Below, piece after piece: positions 9,712-19,108 of a stretch of 64,000 nt of DNA. Origin of the DNA: Bdellovibrionota bacterium (lineage in GTDB: Bacteria > Bdellovibrionota_C > UBA2361 > JAAYZI01); contig JBMNIF010000002.1 of assembly GCA_050950765.1 (NCBI GenBank), positions 704,001 through 768,000 of the forward strand, given 5' to 3'. The notes beneath the pieces are model-generated. The model was not told where the DNA came from. It saw nothing but the letters and a program-made list of their open reading frames with translations, and did not search any database. The position numbers and the translations under genes are program-made. Within the stretch, counting starts at the first letter, position 1, and each line of letters opens with the position of its first letter.

Positions 9712-11304
9712 ATGTCAAAAGAGAAAAGATCAACTTTTGCTGCTGTCTTAGGATCTGTTCTGATTGGATACGGTTTATTTGTTGCGATTATAAAGGGAAG
9801 CTTTTCTGGGGCTTTCGTGTGGCTGCACGTTGGATGTGGCGTTCTTTCCCTTCTTTTGTGGTTTTTAAAGGGGGGAGCTTATGCTGTAAAAGAGAGCAAG
9901 TCTGTTACAGCTTTAAAAAGGAGAGTAAGGGGTGCTTTACACGTCTGTTTTGATGTATTGGTGGTACTACTCATCCTTGTATGTATAAATATCATAGCGA
10001 ATCGTTATGATAGACGTCTTGATACAACAGAAGCTAAAGTTAATAGCCTTGTGCCGGAAACAGTGCAGGTAATCGATCAAATTCGTCATCCCGTCCATAT
10101 CACAGCTGTAATAGGTCCGAACGATCGTGCGGAGAGAGAGAGCACAGGAAATTTGCTTGAGCTGTACAGGCGGCAAAAACGGGACTTTATTACTTATGAG
10201 ATAATAGATCCTAGAAAAAATCCGCACCGTGTGGAGAAAGAGCTTAAGCTTAAAGCAGGAGAGACTCTTGCCATAGAGTATAGAAGAGATGGACAGACAG
10301 ATATTGCGCGGGCTACGGGAGCTTCAGAGAATGTCATTACAAATGCTTTGGTGAAGCTTATTAGTGGCGAAGCAAAGAAGCTCTATTATGTAGTTGGACA
10401 CGGAGAGCCACGTCTTGATAAGAGCACGCCTGAAGGGATGAAAGGAGTTTATGAAGCTCTTACAGAGCTTGGTTATAATGTTAGCACGATAGTGTTAGCA
10501 GAACATTCTGAGATTCCGAAAGATGGTGTGGGGGTGCTATTTGTAGCTCCGCAATATCCGATCTTGCCTAATGAAACTGAGATATTAAAGCGTTATTTGG
10601 AGGATGGCGGTGGAGTAGTTGTCTTAGCAGATCCAGATGTTTCAGAGGAGTTGAGATCTTTTACTACTGAGTTCGGAATAGAGATCGGACGAGATGTTAT
10701 CTTAGATAAGATGCAAGGTCTGCAAGGTGCACCGGAAGTTGGCTGGCAGATCGTTGCTCGTGAATACGGTTATCATCCGATTACGCAGCATCTCGGTAAT
10801 GGAGATTATACCGTTTATCTTACTGCTTCTACCGTCTCTTTAATGGAGCCTGAAAAACGTAAGCCAACTTCGGAATACACTCCATTAGTTTTAACTAAAA
10901 GTATCACTGCTTGGGCGGAAACAGATTTAGCACTCCTCTTTAGTGAAAAACCGCAAGCGTTATTAGATCCGCAAAGTGATAAGTTGCCGCCACTGGCAAT
11001 AGCTGTTGCTTATGAACACAGGATCTCTGAAAAAAGAGGTTCTCGCATGGTGGTTTTCGGTGATAGTAATTGGGTGCGTAACGCTAATTTAAATATTTAC
11101 GGGAATAAAAACCTCTTTTTAAATACAGTAAATTGGGTGACGCAAGAGAAGAATACTCTTGTGATACCAACGCGTGAGATGCGTCAAAACAATCAATTAA
11201 TATCTCAAGGTGATTTTAATAAGATGGTGGTGATGGGGCTCCTTTTATCAGAGGTGATTTTAATAATGGGGCTAGCGATCTGTAGAAGACGAAAGAGATT
11301 TTAA
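9712..11304 (+). CDS. GldG-family ABC auxiliary periplasmic/membrane component
   Basis: N-terminal TMs, RLDTT, YYVVGHGE, MVVFGDS, NLFLNTVNW and a C-terminal TM. ATG 9712 follows GGGGGAG. Confidence 0.8.
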   Translation: MSKEKRSTFAAVLGSVLIGYGLFVAIIKGSFSGAFVWLHVGCGVLSLLLWFLKGGAYAVKESKSVTALKRRVRGALHVCFDVLVVLLILVCINIIANRYDRRLDTTEAKVNSLVPETVQVIDQIRHPVHITAVIGPNDRAERESTGNLLELYRRQKRDFITYEIIDPRKNPHRVEKELKLKAGETLAIEYRRDGQTDIARATGASENVITNALVKLISGEAKKLYYVVGHGEPRLDKSTPEGMKGVYEALTELGYNVSTIVLAEHSEIPKDGVGVLFVAPQYPILPNETEILKRYLEDGGGVVVLADPDVSEELRSFTTEFGIEIGRDVILDKMQGLQGAPEVGWQIVAREYGYHPITQHLGNGDYTVYLTASTVSLMEPEKRKPTSEYTPLVLTKSITAWAETDLALLFSEKPQALLDPQSDKLPPLAIAVAYEHRISEKRGSRMVVFGDSNWVRNANLNIYGNKNLFLNTVNWVTQEKNTLVIPTREMRQNNQLISQGDFNKMVVMGLLLSEVILIMGLAICRRRKRF

Positions 11305-11306
11305 CG

Positions 11307-12710
11307 ATGAATACGGCTACAAAAAAAAGTTTTCTTTTAGGGGTGTGCGCTGCTGCGCTGCTGGGGTATGTAGCATTTTTTGTCTTAAGTCCTGAACCGA
11401 TGTCAGATGAAGGATTTATATTTGCAGGAGTGGATCGGGAGGAGATTGAGAAGATCTCTATTGAAAGTGAGTTCGGTGCATATACATTTGTTAATCCATA
11501 TCCGAAAGAATTACCTGATCGTGGGACGCAAGATATGGAGCTTGATCCAGAAATCTTATTAACGTGGCAATTAGAAGATGTACCAACTGCGCGTTTAAAT
11601 ACCACCGAGTTAAACTCTCTTATTATAAATGTTTTACAAACGCGTGTACTAAATCCACTTACTCCGCAGGAAGACCTTTCGATGTATGGTTTAGATATAC
11701 CTGGTGTAAGAATAGCTGTAAAATATCTGGGAGGTAGCCACGTTATTGAGATCGGCGATAGGTCGGAATTTGTTGGGACGTATTTTGCATTACTGGACGG
11801 TAAGGCTCTCTTTATGGTGGAAGATAGGTTGATTAAGGCAGCTCTTAAACCTGTTACTGAATTTAGAGACCTTGAAATCTTACAGAAAAGAGAGGGCGAG
11901 GTACGTGAAATAAAGATCGTTAGAGATTTAACGCATCAGATCGTATTAAGACGTGATGCCGATGGTTGGAATATCTACGAGCCTGATTTTTATCCTTGTG
12001 ATCAAGGTGCTGTTCAAACGCTTTTAAAATCCCTGTTTTTATTAACAACGAAGAGTTTTTTTGAGATAGAACACAACCCACTGGATAGTGCTGGATTGGA
12101 AAACCCTGCGATTAAGTTTGTAGTGAATGATGGTCTAGGACGACGTATCTTAATGCTTTCTGATGTGCCTTCAGATACCCTTAGATACAATCTTTTTGCT
12201 TATATTGAGGGAGAGCCTTCTCTCTCTCTAGTAGATAAAGGTAGTATCGGAACATTTCCTCTTTCACTTTTTGCTTTAAGAAAAAAACGGTTTGTTTCTT
12301 TTAATCCAGAAGATATCTCTACTGTCTCCCTTGAAATGGTGGGACGAATGCCGCTTAGTCTTGAAAGATCTACTGAAGGGTGGAAGGTTAACGGCTTTGA
12401 AGGGGATACGCCCTTTATTGAAAAGTTTTTAAAAGACCTTAGTCAGATGGAAGCTGCAGAGTTCCCTGATTATGGTGAGATGGTTAGCTTTGAGCATCCC
12501 CGTTTACGCTTAGTGCTTAAGAAAAAAGACGGCAGGGAGTTGATTGTGCTTGTTGCTAAACAATTGAAAGTTCTTTCTCCGCAAGAAACGCAATATTTTG
12601 TGATGGGTGCAGATGTAAGTGAGCCTTATTTAATAGATGCGCGAACTTTTCGTGCTATTAGCCCTTCTGCTGAAATGCTTTCTGTAGTTATTCCGATTCA
12701 AGAGGAGTAG
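11307..12710 (+). CDS. DUF4340-like membrane-anchored protein
   Basis: N-terminal TM and three repeated beta-rich units (YGLDIP, AGLENP, SFEHP). This is the usual partner position after GldG-like genes. Confidence 0.7.
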   Translation: MNTATKKSFLLGVCAAALLGYVAFFVLSPEPMSDEGFIFAGVDREEIEKISIESEFGAYTFVNPYPKELPDRGTQDMELDPEILLTWQLEDVPTARLNTTELNSLIINVLQTRVLNPLTPQEDLSMYGLDIPGVRIAVKYLGGSHVIEIGDRSEFVGTYFALLDGKALFMVEDRLIKAALKPVTEFRDLEILQKREGEVREIKIVRDLTHQIVLRRDADGWNIYEPDFYPCDQGAVQTLLKSLFLLTTKSFFEIEHNPLDSAGLENPAIKFVVNDGLGRRILMLSDVPSDTLRYNLFAYIEGEPSLSLVDKGSIGTFPLSLFALRKKRFVSFNPEDISTVSLEMVGRMPLSLERSTEGWKVNGFEGDTPFIEKFLKDLSQMEAAEFPDYGEMVSFEHPRLRLVLKKKDGRELIVLVAKQLKVLSPQETQYFVMGADVSEPYLIDARTFRAISPSAEMLSVVIPIQEE

Positions 12711-12715
12711 TTCTT

Positions 12716-15172
12716 ATGTTGAAAAAGATCTTTGTAGTGTTAGTTATCCTCGGAGTGTTGGGAAGTGTTGTGCTCGGAATCGGTCTTGTTTGGGGGTATC
12801 ACTATTTTACGAGAGACCTGCCGAAGTTTACCAGTATGGAAGATTATAAACCTGCTGCTGCTTCCTTAATGTATTCGAATGACGGCACCTTAGTTGGTGA
12901 GTTTTATCTACCATCTGAAAGACGGTATCCTGTACCGCTTTCTGAAATCCCATTATTTGTTAGACAAGCTTTTCTTGGAGCTGAAGACGCTTCTTTCTAT
13001 AAACATCCAGGCATTGATCCCGTTAGTATTTTACGTGCTTTTATTAAAAACGTTAAAACAGGTTCTTCAAAGCAGGGGGGAAGTACAATTACACAACAGG
13101 TCGTGAAAAACCTTCTTTTAACTCGTGAGAAAAGTTTAGAAAGAAAGATTAAGGAGGCGATTTTAGCTTATAGAATTGAACACCGCTTAAGCAAAGATCA
13201 GATCTTGGAGATCTACTTAAATCAGATCACCTTTGGACATAACACCTTTGGTGTAAAAGCTGCTGCGAAAGTTTACTTTCGAAAAGAGTTAAATGAATTA
13301 ACTTTAGCAGAAGCTGCTATCTTAGCCGGATTGCCAAAGGCTCCTTCAAAATACTCTCCACTTAGAAATTTTGCTGCTGCTAAGAGAAGGCAGAAGTATG
13401 TTTTAGGTCAGATGCTTAAAGCCGGATTTGTTACTGATCCGAAAGAGATAGAAGATGCTTATAAGCAGGAGTTGAAGGTTTATTCAGATTCGAAGAGTCG
13501 CTTAATGCGGGCGCCGTATTACATTGATGCTATTCAAAAAGTTTTTGCAGAAGAGTGGAAGGAGCTTGATCTGGAGCGGGATGGGTTAAAGGTTTATACG
13601 GCATTAGATCTAGATGCGTATGATTCCTCTGTGCGCGCTATGCAGAGAGGGCTTAAAGAAGTTGATAAGAGGCGTGGCTGGCGTGGTCCTCTAGAATATC
13701 TTTCTGAAGATGCAGAAGCTACCTTTGCTAAAAAATATGCGAGTCGCATTCCTACTGTATTAAAGCAGGATACGGTTTATCCCGCTTTAGTTGTCTCTGC
13801 TGCAAATAAAAACGGCAGATTACACCTTAAGCTTGGTACAGTTAATGGTGTTGTTGATATTAAGAAAGCCACTTGGGCGAGGGTTATGATCGATAAAAAC
13901 GATCGCACAAAGGGTATTAGACCTGAAAACTCTTTACGTGCTGGAGATGTGATAGAGGTTTCATTTCTAGCAGATGACTTAAAAAAATATTACGATAATA
14001 AAAATCCGACGGCGTTATTAGAAGCAGCTCTTGATCAAACGCCTGATATTGAAGGCGCTTTGGTGGCTTTAGATCCGCATAGTGGCAAGGTTGTAACGGT
14101 AGTTGGTGGGTATGATTATGATTATCAACGTAGCGTTTTTAATCGAGCCATTCAGGCACATCGGCAACCTGGTTCTGTTTTTAAACCGATCGTATATTTT
14201 ACTGCGATTGATCGTCACGGCTATACTCCTGCTACAATAGTTTATGATACTCCTAAAACTTTTCAGATTGGGGATCAGGTTTGGACACCTGGAAATTATG
14301 AAAAGAACTTCCTCGGACCCATTACATTACGAACTGCTTTGCAAAAATCGAGGAACCTTGTCTCTGCTGATATCGTTTACAAAATTGGGGTTGATGATGT
14401 GATTAGAACGGCTAAACAGTTGGGGATTACCAGTCCGATCGGTCGTAATTTATCAATCTCTTTAGGGAGTAGTGAAGTTTCTGTTCTTGAACTAACACGT
14501 GCCTACGGTGTTTTTGCTGCTGGTGGAGTGCTTTTCCCAAGTGTGTTTGTAACGCGTATTGAAGATAGAAACGGCAAAGTTATCTTTGATTATAATGCCG
14601 AGCGCTTAAAGTTGGCAAAACGTGTTATCGATGAAAATAGCGCTTTTATTATGGCGCATATGATGAAGGGTGTCGTTGAAAACGGTACGGGTTACCGTGT
14701 TAAAGCTTTGGGGCGTCCGACAGCGGGAAAGACAGGAACTACTAACCATTTTATGGATGCTTGGTTTGTCGGGTATACTCCTGATTGGGCTTGTGGAGTT
14801 TGGGCAGGATTTGATGAAAAGAAAACGATTAAAGCAGGGGAGACGGGTGGACGTGTTTCAGCACCGATCTGGTTGTACTTTATGACGGACTTTTTGGCAA
14901 AACAGGATGCTTTGGCTTATGAAAAGTTAGTGGAGGAGTCAAAACAGGAAGCTGCTCGTTTAGGAGTGGAGTATGATAAGCCGGAGCCTTTAAAGCCGCG
15001 TGATTTTGATGTACCGGACGGAGTAGATCCGTATTGGGTTACAAAGGATGGCGAATTAACAACTCCTTCTACTCCAGGGGCTATCCTTGAGTATTTTAGA
15101 AAAGATGCACCACCACAGCGACGTGAACAGAAGCAGCAAGAGGCTGATTATTGGAACTCTCCGGAATTGTAA
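12716..15172 (+). CDS. mrcA: Penicillin-binding protein 1A (class A PBP)
   Basis: Transglycosylase motifs AEDASFYKH, GGSTITQQ and RKIKE. Transpeptidase motifs SVFK, SRN and KTG. Confidence 0.92.
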   Translation: MLKKIFVVLVILGVLGSVVLGIGLVWGYHYFTRDLPKFTSMEDYKPAAASLMYSNDGTLVGEFYLPSERRYPVPLSEIPLFVRQAFLGAEDASFYKHPGIDPVSILRAFIKNVKTGSSKQGGSTITQQVVKNLLLTREKSLERKIKEAILAYRIEHRLSKDQILEIYLNQITFGHNTFGVKAAAKVYFRKELNELTLAEAAILAGLPKAPSKYSPLRNFAAAKRRQKYVLGQMLKAGFVTDPKEIEDAYKQELKVYSDSKSRLMRAPYYIDAIQKVFAEEWKELDLERDGLKVYTALDLDAYDSSVRAMQRGLKEVDKRRGWRGPLEYLSEDAEATFAKKYASRIPTVLKQDTVYPALVVSAANKNGRLHLKLGTVNGVVDIKKATWARVMIDKNDRTKGIRPENSLRAGDVIEVSFLADDLKKYYDNKNPTALLEAALDQTPDIEGALVALDPHSGKVVTVVGGYDYDYQRSVFNRAIQAHRQPGSVFKPIVYFTAIDRHGYTPATIVYDTPKTFQIGDQVWTPGNYEKNFLGPITLRTALQKSRNLVSADIVYKIGVDDVIRTAKQLGITSPIGRNLSISLGSSEVSVLELTRAYGVFAAGGVLFPSVFVTRIEDRNGKVIFDYNAERLKLAKRVIDENSAFIMAHMMKGVVENGTGYRVKALGRPTAGKTGTTNHFMDAWFVGYTPDWACGVWAGFDEKKTIKAGETGGRVSAPIWLYFMTDFLAKQDALAYEKLVEESKQEAARLGVEYDKPEPLKPRDFDVPDGVDPYWVTKDGELTTPSTPGAILEYFRKDAPPQRREQKQQEADYWNSPEL

Positions 15173-15196
15173 GAGCCTCTTCTTTTATAAAGGGTT

Positions 15197-15320
15197 GAGG
15201 TAGTGATTTTAAGTAGTGATCTAAAAAAAGGGTAAAGGCTTGAAATACTGACTTTAAGTAGTATTTTGAGAAAGGGTAAAGGTTTGAGGTAATGACTTTA
15301 AGTAGTGATCTGGAAAAAAG
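15197..15320 (+). repeat. Degenerate 44-45 bp tandem triplication overlapping the gatC RBS and start
   Basis: GAGGTA(A/G)TGA(C/T)TTTAAGTAGTGATCT..AAAAAAG-like units start at 15197, 15242 and 15286. Confidence 0.8.
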
Positions 15321-15582
15321 CGCACGTTCGGCACGACTAGGTGTTAATGAAGCGGAACTGAAGGCATTGAAAGAGGATGTTGCTAAGATCCTTGAATACG
15401 TTAAAGAGCTTGAAGAGTACGACCTCTCTGAAGTAGAGCCGCTTTATTATGTGCATGAACAGTGTAATGTTTTACGTGAAGATGTTGCCGCTACTCCGCT
15501 CTCGAGAGAGGATGTTTTAAAAAATGCCCCTGATACAGACACCGTTTATTTTCGTGTGCCATTAATTATGGAACAGAAGTAA
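15292..15582 (+). CDS. gatC: Asp-tRNA(Asn)/Glu-tRNA(Gln) amidotransferase subunit C
   Basis: ARL...ILEYV..L....VEP, NVLRED, NAP and FRVP motifs. First gene of gatCAB. Confidence 0.9.
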   Translation: MTLSSDLEKSARSARLGVNEAELKALKEDVAKILEYVKELEEYDLSEVEPLYYVHEQCNVLREDVAATPLSREDVLKNAPDTDTVYFRVPLIMEQK

Positions 15583-15587
15583 GTGCT

Positions 15588-17042
15588 ATGCTGAAACTTA
15601 CGCAGTTAACATTAAAACAGTTACGTAACGGCTTAGATAAAAGAGAGTTTTCTGCAAAAGATCTTATTCAAGTAACGCTAGCTGCGATCTCTGAGAAGAG
15701 TGATTTAAATGCGTTTATTACCGTTTGTGATGATGAGGCTTTAGCTGCAGCAGCAGAGGCTGATAGAAAAATTAAAAGGGGAGAGTCTACTCCGTTACTT
15801 GGAATTCCTGTGGGGGTAGAAGATCGGATTATGACTAAAGGTATCAGAACTACCTGCGGTAGTAAGTTACTACGATCTTTTATCCCTCCTTATGATGCTA
15901 CGGTGGTGCGGAGGCTTTTGGAGGCGGGTGCCATAATAATAGGTAAGAGTAATTTAGATGAATTCTCAATGGGGTCTTCTGGAGAAAACAGTGCTTTCGG
16001 TGTTGTAAAAAATCCGTGGAATAAAAGTTGTGTAGCGGGAGGAAGTAGTGGTGGCGCTGCAGTAGCAGCACAACTTGTGCCTGCGGTAGTAGCTACTGAT
16101 ACGGGAGGGGGGCTTAGGCAAGCGGCGGCGTTTTGTGGAGTGTACGGTTTGAGACCGACTTACGGTAGAATTAGTCGTTATGGTGTTGCAGCTTTTGCCT
16201 CGTCATTAGATCAGGTCGGTGTTTTATCAAAAAGAGTAGAAGATTTAGGAATAATAACTACCTTAATAGCGGGTTATGATAGCCGTGATGCTACATCTAT
16301 GGATGTAAAAGTTCCTGAGTTCTCACCTCCCTTTGATTGTGGTTTAGACGGCGTTACTATCGGTGTGCCGCAGGAATATTTTTCTTCTCTTGTGGAGAGT
16401 GAAGTTTTAGAAAAAGTTAAAGTTGCGATCAATCGTTTTGAAGAGTTGGGCGCAAAGGTTGTTTATTTAAAATTAGAACATACTACATCTGCTCTTTCTG
16501 CATATTACGTGATCTCTTCCGCAGAAGGTGCTTCAAACCTAAGTCGTTTTGATGGAGTGCGTTATGGGGAGCGTGTAGCGGGATCTGATTTAGAAGAGAT
16601 GTATTTGAAAACTCGTTCTGAAGGTTTTGGATCGGAAGTTAAACGGAGGATCTTATTTGGGACTTATGTTTTATCTAAAGAGTGTCGCTCGCGTTATTAT
16701 TTACAAGCGCAGAAGATGCGACGTTTAGTGTTAGATGATTTTAAAAAAGCTTTTACTCAGTGTGATCTCCTTATTACGCCTGTTACTCCGAGTGGTGTTT
16801 TTAAAATAGGTCAAAAAACATCAGATCCTTTAAGTATGTATCTGAATGATGCTTTTACTGCGCCTGTAAGTTTGGCAGGTTTACCGGCTTTAGGTATTCC
16901 GTGTGGAGTTGATAGTGCAAAGCTACCTATTGGGATGCAGTTGATCGCAGATTATTGGTGTGAAGAGTTGTTGCTTAAGGTAGCAGCTACTTATCAGAAG
17001 GTAATGGATGTGTGGGGAGGTGGAGGTAAAGGTACTAAATAA
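15588..17042 (+). CDS. gatA: Amidotransferase subunit A with a substituted catalytic triad
   Basis: Amidase signature GGSSGG, SNLSRFDGVRYG and EGFGSEVKRRI. It has GVEDR in place of the canonical KDN and DTGGG in place of DTGGS. Confidence 0.92.
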   Translation: MLKLTQLTLKQLRNGLDKREFSAKDLIQVTLAAISEKSDLNAFITVCDDEALAAAAEADRKIKRGESTPLLGIPVGVEDRIMTKGIRTTCGSKLLRSFIPPYDATVVRRLLEAGAIIIGKSNLDEFSMGSSGENSAFGVVKNPWNKSCVAGGSSGGAAVAAQLVPAVVATDTGGGLRQAAAFCGVYGLRPTYGRISRYGVAAFASSLDQVGVLSKRVEDLGIITTLIAGYDSRDATSMDVKVPEFSPPFDCGLDGVTIGVPQEYFSSLVESEVLEKVKVAINRFEELGAKVVYLKLEHTTSALSAYYVISSAEGASNLSRFDGVRYGERVAGSDLEEMYLKTRSEGFGSEVKRRILFGTYVLSKECRSRYYLQAQKMRRLVLDDFKKAFTQCDLLITPVTPSGVFKIGQKTSDPLSMYLNDAFTAPVSLAGLPALGIPCGVDSAKLPIGMQLIADYWCEELLLKVAATYQKVMDVWGGGGKGTK

Positions 17043-17125
17043 AAAAGTATTGTTATTATGGCGGCTACTTTATTAGAAGATAGTGTGGTGCTAAAGGAGG
17101 CAAAAAATTTGGGTAGTGACTGTAA

Positions 17126-18553
17126 ATGGAATATGAAACAGTTATAGGTTTAGAGGTTCATATACAACTTTTAACGCAAAGTAAGGCTTTTAGTGCAGCT
17201 GCAGCGAGTTTTTGTATAAAACCGAATACGGAGGTTGATGAAGCTTCGTTAGGGTTAGCGGGGGCGCTCCCTGTTATAAACTCTAAGGTGTTACGTTATG
17301 CTATTATGTTGGGACTTGCTACGAAGTGTAGTATTAGAGAGGTGAGTCGTTTTGCTAGGAAACACTACTTTTATCCGGACCTCCCGAAGGGTTATCAGAT
17401 CTCGCAATTTGAGGAGCCTATCTGTGAAAATGGAGATCTTGTAATTAGATATAATGGAGAGGAGCGGGCGATCGGCATTCGTCGTATTCATATAGAGGAG
17501 GATGCTGGTAAGAATATTCATGATAAGGAGGGGGGAGTTTCACTCCTTGATTTTAATCGTGTTGGAGTACCACTCTTGGAGGTTGTTTCAGAACCTGACC
17601 TCTCAACCCCTGCAGAAGCTGCTGAATATTTAAGAACGCTTAGGCAGCTAGTGCGTTATCTTGCTATCAGTGACGGCAATATGGAGGAGGGGAGTTTACG
17701 GTGTGATGCCAATATCTCTCTTCGTCCTAAAGGTGAAAAAAAATTCGGAGTAAGAACCGAGATAAAAAACGTTAATTCATTCCGTTTTGTTGAAAAGGCT
17801 TTGGAGTATGAAGTTTTAAGGCAGAGAGGTATCCTTGAAAAGGGTGGTGTTGTAAAGCAGGAGACACGTTGGTTTGATAGTGTCACCTCTAAAACTTATC
17901 CGTTACGGAGTAAGGAGGAGGCTGCTGATTATCGTTATATGATAGACCCTGATCTACCACCATTAAAGGTTTCAGAAGAGTTTATTTCTCAAGTCCTTGC
18001 TGAATTACCACAACTGCCGCAGGAGTATCTGGAGTTATTAACTAAAGAGCACGGCTTAAGTGAGTATGATGCCGCTTTACTTACGAGTGAGAAGGGGATC
18101 GTTCGTTATTATCAAGATGTTGTGGCAAGTTGTCATAATCCGAAAGTAGCTTGTAACTGGATTACGGGAGAGCTTTTTGCGTTACTTAAGAAAAACGGTT
18201 TGGAGATAGAGGGTTCTCCTATCTCTGCAGCGCACTTAGGAGAGTTAATCTTATTAGTGGAGAGGGGGGAGATTAGTGGAAAAACGGCTAAGTTTGTTTT
18301 TGAAGAGATGGCGCAAAGTGGAGAATCTCCAGAAAGTATCGTTACAAAAAAAGGTTTGCGGCAGATCACTAACACACTTGAACTGCAAGAGATCGTGCAG
18401 GGAGTTTTAGAGGAGAATCCTCGTCAATGGGCAGAGTATAGAGCAGGTAGTGAGAAGCTTCTTACGTTTTTTATTGGACTTGTTTTGCGTGCCTGTAAAG
18501 GGCGTGCCAATCCAGAGGTGGTGAAAAAAATGTTGCAAGATTTGGCTAAATAA
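17126..18553 (+). CDS. gatB: Amidotransferase subunit B
   Basis: IGLEVH, RKHYFYPDLPKGYQISQ, HIEEDAGK, EGSLRCDANIS and RSKEEAADYRY motifs. Confidence 0.96.
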   Translation: MEYETVIGLEVHIQLLTQSKAFSAAAASFCIKPNTEVDEASLGLAGALPVINSKVLRYAIMLGLATKCSIREVSRFARKHYFYPDLPKGYQISQFEEPICENGDLVIRYNGEERAIGIRRIHIEEDAGKNIHDKEGGVSLLDFNRVGVPLLEVVSEPDLSTPAEAAEYLRTLRQLVRYLAISDGNMEEGSLRCDANISLRPKGEKKFGVRTEIKNVNSFRFVEKALEYEVLRQRGILEKGGVVKQETRWFDSVTSKTYPLRSKEEAADYRYMIDPDLPPLKVSEEFISQVLAELPQLPQEYLELLTKEHGLSEYDAALLTSEKGIVRYYQDVVASCHNPKVACNWITGELFALLKKNGLEIEGSPISAAHLGELILLVERGEISGKTAKFVFEEMAQSGESPESIVTKKGLRQITNTLELQEIVQGVLEENPRQWAEYRAGSEKLLTFFIGLVLRACKGRANPEVVKKMLQDLAK

Positions 18554-18790
18554 ACACGTATCTTCTATTATTTCACGTTGAGAAAAACGCTTCCAGACTT
18601 GTTTTTAGTAGATTAAATAGGTAGATACGTCTTAGGAAAAGAGAGTTTTTACTCAAACTTACGAGCTTTTTGGAGTTTTTAGCTAAAAGCTTTTAAAAAC
18701 TGCCTTAACTTGGAAGTAGGAAAAAGGAGTTTTACTCCTCTTATTATTCTTTAAGAAAGCCTGTCTCTATGGGGGAGGTGGGTAGATAGC

Positions 18791-19108
18791 TTGGAAGAGC
18801 CTTACACGATGCCGCTTGATGTTGTGGAAATAACCGCTGTTGATGATGAAACTTCTGTTATATGTTTAGAGTTACCACCGTCTAAGGTGGTTATCTTACA
18901 AGGGGCTTTTGAGCTATTGGAGGGGATCGGCATATTAAGGACTCTCGATACTGAGAGAGCTTTAATCTGTGTGATTACCACACCGAGTCTTGTGCGGGAG
19001 TGCGTGGATGTGCTTAATGCGTTACAAGAGGCGGTGTTATGGCGCGTTGCAGAGGTGCCGCCAGATGTAACATTTCTAGGTGATTTTGAGAAGGATTGTT
19101 ATGATTAA
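18791..19108 (+). CDS. DUF4911-like small protein
   Basis: FELLEGIGILRTLD motif. TTG start after GGAGGT; an alternative ATG lies at 18809. Confidence 0.55.
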   Translation: MEEPYTMPLDVVEITAVDDETSVICLELPPSKVVILQGAFELLEGIGILRTLDTERALICVITTPSLVRECVDVLNALQEAVLWRVAEVPPDVTFLGDFEKDCYD

